Part shown: piece by piece, positions 40,100 to 44,244 of the stretch
Position numbering within the stretch: the first letter of the stretch is position 1
Layout of the letters: each line of letters starts with the position of its first letter
DNA from: Parcubacteria group bacterium
GTDB lineage: Bacteria > Patescibacteriota > Minisyncoccia > JACQLN01
Length of the DNA: 44,244 nt
Reading direction: 5' to 3'
Assembly: GCA_016204035.1 (NCBI GenBank)
Contig: JACQLN010000007.1
Location: forward strand, 1-44,244
Notes under the pieces: model-generated
The model's input: the letters and a program-made list of their open reading frames with translations, nothing else
Database searches by the model: none
Told to the model about the DNA's origin: nothing
Made by a program: the position numbers and the translations under genes

Positions 40100-40271
40100 A
40101 GATAAATTGGATAAGAGGTAATATAAAAAAAATAGAAAATCAATAAAATAAATTCAAAGAATCCCATGGTGCACTTCCTAGGAATGGGTTAAAAATTTAA
40201 GGAATCTGTCTTATACTGTATCTGTCAATAGTGCGGATTTGGGCTAGATATGCTACATTTAGCACGAAAAA

Positions 40272-41576
40272 ATGACCAGAAAAACGCGCCGAATTTTATT
40301 GGGGTTGGCGGTAACGGCTTTTTTAATTATTGGTTTTATTCTTTTAATGTACGCCCGCGGCTACCGCTGGGATTTTAACAACAACCGTTTATTGCTTTCG
40401 GGCGCCATATATATTAAACCCCAAAGCCCCAAGGAAACGGATATTTTTATTAATAAAAAAAATACCGACGAACAAACCGCCGCTCTTATAAAAAACCTTC
40501 TGCCTTTGCGAAAATACCACGCCCAGGTGGCTAAGGTCGGTTACCAAACCTGGCAAAAAGAATTTGAAGTAACGCCCGGTTTGGTAACCGAAGCTGAAAA
40601 TATAATACTGTTTCCAGAAAAATTCTCTTTTCAAATGTTTGTGTCTGAACCCGGCCTATTGGATTTTAATATCTCTCCGGATCAAAAATTCGCGGCTGTT
40701 AAAACAAATTCGGCTAAACTTATATTTTATGATTTTTCCAACTCAACTACCACGGCCACACCATTCACCTTCCCCGACAAAATAAAAACTAAAAGCCTCC
40801 GATTTTTGGAAAACGACCGCGGCTGGTCGGCTAATTCGCAAAAATTTATTTTCTCGCGCAGCACGGCCGCCAAAACAACCTGGTACGTTTGGGACAAATC
40901 AGCTAAAAAATTAACCGACCTTACTTTGCTTTACGAAAGAAAAATTATAGTTAAACAACCCAGCGCCTCGCCTCTGCCTACTAAATTTAACCCGTCAAAA
41001 GTACTTTGGTTCGGCGGCGATGACAATCTTTTGATTCTTATGGATAGTAAACTGTTTCAATTGGATCTGGCCGACGAAACAGTGGCAGACCTTAATTTGA
41101 GCGACGTGGTTGATTTTGATTCCCGTGAAAATAAAATCATCGCCCTTAAAAATCCGGATATTTTGTTAATAATGGACTCGGCGGTGGCCAATGTATCGGT
41201 TCTGGGCCAAACCACGTTTGCGCCCCAAAAAATATTTATTGCTCCGGATGATGCTAAAATCGCCTATACCACCGCTAACGCTTTAGGCGTGATGTGGTTA
41301 AAAGACACCGGTAAACAACCCTTAAAAAAATCGGGCGACCAAGAGGTTATTTACCAATCGCTCGGCGATATTTCCAGCGTTTACTGGCACACTAAAAACG
41401 AACACTTGATGTTTCTAGAAAATCAAAACTTAAAAGTTGTGGAACTGGATACCCGCGATAAAATCAATTTAGCCAGTTGGCCTGAAACCATAACGGCTAT
41501 AAATTATTTAACCGGCGATGCCAAACTTTATTTTTTGACAGATGGCGCCCTAAAATTAGCCGAGGGGGAATTTTAA
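40272..41576 (+). CDS. PEGA-domain plus beta-propeller-like protein, N-terminal TM
   Basis: 434 aa with a PEGA-like segment (IFINKK...YHAQVAKVGYQTWQKEFEV). Confidence 0.6.
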   Translation: MTRKTRRILLGLAVTAFLIIGFILLMYARGYRWDFNNNRLLLSGAIYIKPQSPKETDIFINKKNTDEQTAALIKNLLPLRKYHAQVAKVGYQTWQKEFEVTPGLVTEAENIILFPEKFSFQMFVSEPGLLDFNISPDQKFAAVKTNSAKLIFYDFSNSTTTATPFTFPDKIKTKSLRFLENDRGWSANSQKFIFSRSTAAKTTWYVWDKSAKKLTDLTLLYERKIIVKQPSASPLPTKFNPSKVLWFGGDDNLLILMDSKLFQLDLADETVADLNLSDVVDFDSRENKIIALKNPDILLIMDSAVANVSVLGQTTFAPQKIFIAPDDAKIAYTTANALGVMWLKDTGKQPLKKSGDQEVIYQSLGDISSVYWHTKNEHLMFLENQNLKVVELDTRDKINLASWPETITAINYLTGDAKLYFLTDGALKLAEGEF

Positions 41577-41649
41577 TTATTGAAATTGGATTTAATAATT
41601 TTATTTAATAGAGATTAAAACTCTAACAATAAAGCTATAGCATTATAAT

Positions 41650-41688
41650 TAGAAAATAAAAAAGGCCGTTCGTTGTTGGCGAACAGCC
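41650..41688 (-). terminator. Rho-independent terminator of the small-ORF operon
   Basis: - strand: GGCUGUUCG-7 nt-CGAACGGCC (one G.U pair) followed by UUUUUUAUUUU. Confidence 0.75.
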
Positions 41689-41718
41689 AGTAATTGGTTT
41701 GACTATTCATAGTCCACA

Positions 41719-41805
41719 CTAGTGCCGATCCAAATAGCGTTGCGCCCAATTAACACCTAGCACTGCCAAAAACGCGACAACACCTCCCAGTAAGTACCAT
41801 TTCAT
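41719..41805 (-). CDS. Small hydrophobic peptide (28 aa)
   Basis: MKWYLLGGVVAFLAVLGVNWAQRYLDRH. The AGGAGG SD overlaps the stop codon of the preceding ORF (AGGAGGTAAGGATG). Confidence 0.5.
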   Translation of the reverse strand: MKWYLLGGVVAFLAVLGVNWAQRYLDRH

Positions 41806-41807
41806 CC

Positions 41808-41963
41808 TTACCTCCTATCTTCGTCTTCTCTGGCAGCCGCGCGAAACGCGCGTATCATCTCCGGCGACATATCGCGAATGGCTTGATTGACGCGCTTGGG
41901 GTTAATGACCGTCGGCGCGAGTGGATGCTTTGGTTCGGACTTCGCCCGCTTTTTTCGTGCCAT
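41808..41963 (-). CDS. Small basic protein (51 aa), copy 2 of a mosaic pair
   Basis: MARKKRAKSEPKHPLAPTVINPKRVNQAIRDMSPEMIRAFRAAAREDEDRR, with the SD GGAGAG upstream. Confidence 0.55.
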   Translation of the reverse strand: MARKKRAKSEPKHPLAPTVINPKRVNQAIRDMSPEMIRAFRAAAREDEDRR

Positions 41964-41966
41964 GAT

Positions 41967-42191
41967 TCAACTCTCCTGCACCCAGATTCTTTTATATAGG
42001 TATTGAACCCAGGAAAACAATCTTATCAGAAACCACACACCGGCGAGTACTATAAGGTAGTACGCAACATAGTTGATTCCCTTTTGAACTCCACCATGTA
42101 CCAGGCCGACGCTCCAGAAGTGCAGCAACAGAAGTAGTCCGGTGAATGTAAGTAGTGATGCTAAAAGTCCAGGTTCTTTTCTTGTCTGCAT
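41967..42191 (-). CDS. Small membrane protein (74 aa, 2 TM)
   Basis: MQTRKEPGLLASLLTFTGLLLLLHFW..., with the SD AAAGGAGGA. The track ORF 41967-42356 is an over-extension. Confidence 0.6.
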   Translation of the reverse strand: MQTRKEPGLLASLLTFTGLLLLLHFWSVGLVHGGVQKGINYVAYYLIVLAGVWFLIRLFSWVQYLYKRIWVQES

Positions 42192-42208
42192 ATAAGATCC
42201 TCCTTTTG

Positions 42209-42454
42209 TCAGCTTGATAAATATAGAAAAAACACTGCGGACAAGGTTGTCGCGCAAAAGAGTTTGATATCCCCGAAGGCAGCTCCAAAAGTCCCGAAAA
42301 TCAAAAGTGTAATGAAACAATGCTCTACCGACGGGTACCAACCGGAGATAGCGCAAAATATCATAAACATGCCTGCTAGCATACCAATAGCCACCGCGAG
42401 TTTGTGATCATGGACATGAAGCCACATTTCAAACCTCTGCATCAGATAGTACAT
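42209..42454 (-). CDS. Small membrane protein (81 aa)
   Basis: From the track ORF. The SD AGGAGG overlaps the stop codon of the preceding ORF. Confidence 0.6.
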   Translation of the reverse strand: MYYLMQRFEMWLHVHDHKLAVAIGMLAGMFMIFCAISGWYPSVEHCFITLLIFGTFGAAFGDIKLFCATTLSAVFFLYLSS

Positions 42455-42457
42455 GAC

Positions 42458-42613
42458 TTACCTCCTATCTTCGTCTCCTCTGCCCGCCGCCAGGAGTGTT
42501 TTCTCGTTCTCTCGGACGAATACCCTAAGTGCTCGCTTACACTTTTCATGCTTGATGACCGCCGGCGCGAGTGGATGCTTTGGTTCGGACTTCGCCCGCT
42601 TTTTTCGTGCCAT
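42458..42613 (-). CDS. Small basic protein (51 aa), copy 1 of a mosaic pair
   Basis: MARKKRAKSEPKHPLAPAVIKHEKCKRALRVFVRENEKTLLAAGRGDEDRR, with the SD GGGAGG. Confidence 0.55.
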   Translation of the reverse strand: MARKKRAKSEPKHPLAPAVIKHEKCKRALRVFVRENEKTLLAAGRGDEDRR

Positions 42614-42636
42614 ACTCAACCTCCCTCTCTGGATTG

Positions 42637-42825
42637 CTATGGTCTGTTGGAGCGCGTAATACCGCGCGCGCGGGAAAATGCGGCTATTACAATGGCGGCA
42701 CTGATGAGTAATAAGACGATTACCGTTACCACCAAACTGGGTGCTGTTATCCCATTACCGATCAATAACCCTAACGATATACCTAACAAGCCAATCACTA
42801 CCGCGGAAGCGCCTTGTTGGCTCAT
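42637..42825 (-). CDS. Small membrane protein (62 aa, 2 TM)
   Basis: From the track ORF. AGGAGG (rc of 42834-42839) lies 8 nt upstream. Confidence 0.6.
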   Translation of the reverse strand: MSQQGASAVVIGLLGISLGLLIGNGITAPSLVVTVIVLLLISAAIVIAAFSRARGITRSNRP

Positions 42826-42926
42826 AGTGTGAACCTCCTATGAAAAAGCGTGTTGTTAAAGAACATCTTATTCTATCTATAGTTTAACGGTACTATAAAT
42901 TTCTATTTTTACAAAGTACTTGTAAT

Positions 42927-42958
42927 ACAAAAACCCCGCGATGCTTACTATCACGAGG
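42927..42958 (-). terminator. Rho-independent terminator of rpsI
   Basis: - strand: CCUCGUGAU-7 nt-AUCGCGGGG (two G.U pairs) followed by UUUUUGU. Confidence 0.7.
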
Positions 42959-42976
42959 TTTTTTGAGATTTTATTT

Positions 42977-43510
42977 TTACCGTTTGCTAAATTGCGGAGC
43001 GCGCCTGGCTTTTTTAAGGCCGTATTTGCGGCGTTCTTTTTCGCGCGGATCGCGCGACAGCAAACCCGACTTTTTAAGTTTTTTTCTAAAGTTCTGGTCA
43101 AACTTGATCAAGGCCCGGGCGATACCCAAACGCACTGCCTCGGCCTGCGAGTTGATGCCTCCGCCCTCCAATTTAACCGAGATCCTAAAATGATCGGCGG
43201 CTTTAAGTTTGCTTAAAGACTCCATCGCGGTTTCAATAAGATTAGGCAACCTAAAATAATCTTTGAATGTTTTTTCGTTTACTGAAAACCCCCCTTGGGC
43301 TGCCGATTCTTTGGGATTAGCCGTAAAAATCCTAACCCGAGCCACCGACCGCTTGCGCCGGCCAATAGCTTCAAAATACTTTTTAGTGTCCTTTCTTTCG
43401 GCGCTAAACACACCCAAAACATCTTCTTTTTCTTCTGGAACGTCTAAAATTGGATCGGGTATTGGACCCAAAATTTCTTCTTTTTTTTCTGTTTTTGTTT
43501 TAACAGGCAT
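42977..43510 (-). CDS. rpsI: 30S ribosomal protein S9 with an N-terminal extension of ~45 aa
   Basis: GRRKRSVARVRIF...KKARRAPQFSKR. Confidence 0.9.
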   Translation of the reverse strand: MPVKTKTEKKEEILGPIPDPILDVPEEKEDVLGVFSAERKDTKKYFEAIGRRKRSVARVRIFTANPKESAAQGGFSVNEKTFKDYFRLPNLIETAMESLSKLKAADHFRISVKLEGGGINSQAEAVRLGIARALIKFDQNFRKKLKKSGLLSRDPREKERRKYGLKKARRAPQFSKR

Positions 43511-43511
43511 T

Positions 43512-43874
43512 TTATCTTATTTCTCCTTTATACAATCTTAAGTTCCCAATAAACTTATCGCGTAGCCGATTTTTTGGCAACATCCCGTAAACCGCCTCCC
43601 TTAAAACACCCCGGGAATCTTTAACCATATATTCTTTAAGCGTCCGCTGGCTGATACCGCCCGGGTAACCGGAATACTTAAAATATTTTTTATCTTCCAA
43701 TTTATTTCCGGTAAATTTTAATTTATCGGTGTTAAAAACGACAACTTTTCTGGACAAATCGGGATTATTGGGCGAAAAATCGGCGCCGTCCTTGCCGCGC
43801 AAAGCCACCGCCACTTTAGTGGCCAAACGACCCAGTATTTCACCATCAGCATTAAATTTATACTCCCTATTCAT
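43512..43874 (-). CDS. rplM: 50S ribosomal protein L13
   Basis: 120 aa: GRLATKVAVALRGK..., YSGYPGG. Confidence 0.9.
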   Translation of the reverse strand: MNREYKFNADGEILGRLATKVAVALRGKDGADFSPNNPDLSRKVVVFNTDKLKFTGNKLEDKKYFKYSGYPGGISQRTLKEYMVKDSRGVLREAVYGMLPKNRLRDKFIGNLRLYKGEIR

Positions 43875-43890
43875 AATAAAATTCTAGATT

Positions 43891-43962
43891 CTAAACAGTT
43901 TTGGATTTTGGGTTTTAATCATTGGGATGTGTTTCGGATTTAGTGCTTCGTGCTTCGGATTT
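43891..43962. repeat. 72-nt conserved intergenic element type 4, copy 2
   Basis: Abuts the rplQ stop codon. About 85% identical to 31567-31638. Confidence 0.85.
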
Positions 43963-44244
43963 TCATACAAATTCAATGTAACACATCCTGGCTCCGTCTT
44001 TTCTAATCTCGCCCAACCTGATAATACGCGTGTAACCGCCGTTTCTGGATTGATATTTTGAACCAATTTCCTTAACAATCTTACTCACCGAACCTTCCGG
44101 TAGAACTTTAGCCAATGCCCTAATATTGGCTAATCCCCCTTTCTTGGCTTTGGTAATAAGCGGAGCTATAACCCGAGCCAGCTCTTTAGCTTTGGCCTCG
44201 GTGGTTTTTATCCGGCCTTGGTCAATCAAAGCCACCGACAAACT
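43963..44244 (-). CDS. rplQ: 50S ribosomal protein L17; N-terminus lies beyond the right edge
   Basis: ...IKTTEAKAKELARVIAPLITKAK...GGYTRIIRLGEIRKDGARMCYIEFV. It remains open to the window edge. Confidence 0.85.
   Translation of the reverse strand, partial: SLSVALIDQGRIKTTEAKAKELARVIAPLITKAKKGGLANIRALAKVLPEGSVSKIVKEIGSKYQSRNGGYTRIIRLGEIRKDGARMCYIEFV

Noticed and set aside
43884-44078. 64-aa - strand ORF (…NPKHEALNPKHIPMIKTQNPKLFRI)
   Set aside because: It is the translation of the type 4 intergenic repeat, overlapping the rplQ 3' end in another frame.

Overview
This 44.2-kb window looks like part of a streamlined, small-genome bacterium. Gene content, a core GC of roughly 43-45% by eye, housekeeping genes without Shine-Dalgarno (SD) sequences and stereotyped intergenic hairpin elements resemble Patescibacteria/CPR genomes. 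The taxon call is inference only.

Backbone: housekeeping genes, almost all on the - strand. They are rnhA, recJ, pgk, tpiA, galT, a GT2 glycosyltransferase, ruvX, map, adk, a PP2C phosphatase, a UvrD-like helicase fused to a Cas4/AddB-like nuclease (+), rpoD, dnaG, rpsF-ssb-rpsR (+), recA, a rodZ-like gene, ftsK, a DUF3105 gene, a dsbA-like gene, mreC, two mreB paralogs, proS, rseP, frr, holB and rpsI-rplM-rplQ.

Unusual content I can support from the sequence:
1. An RNase P RNA gene of about 830 nt, roughly twice the normal size. It is expanded by two pairs of paralogous insertion modules and has its own promoter and terminator.
2. A 12-mer from one of those modules also sits in a repeat inserted in frame in dnaG.
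3. Two paralogous genes encode a winged-helix domain fused to a Cas2-like domain. Each is bracketed on both sides by a 44-56-bp palindrome centred on TACGATCGTA. No CRISPR array is present.
4. A superfamily of structured intergenic elements (8 copies, two core types) has covarying closing stems and always lies just 3' of - strand genes. Further repeat families also occur.
5. A small RNA operon holds a cloverleaf-like RNA ending in ACCA and a tRNA-Arg(GCG)-like gene with a 20-nt hairpin inserted in its D-loop. It sits next to a leaderless IS200/RAYT-type Y1 transposase flanked by composite repeats.
6. Several short cassettes have strong SD sequences, near-consensus promoters and strong terminators; two are clearly GC-rich. 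They include a six-gene operon of very small membrane and basic proteins with a mosaic duplicated gene, all embedded in an SD-less core.

No rRNA and no CRISPR array were seen.
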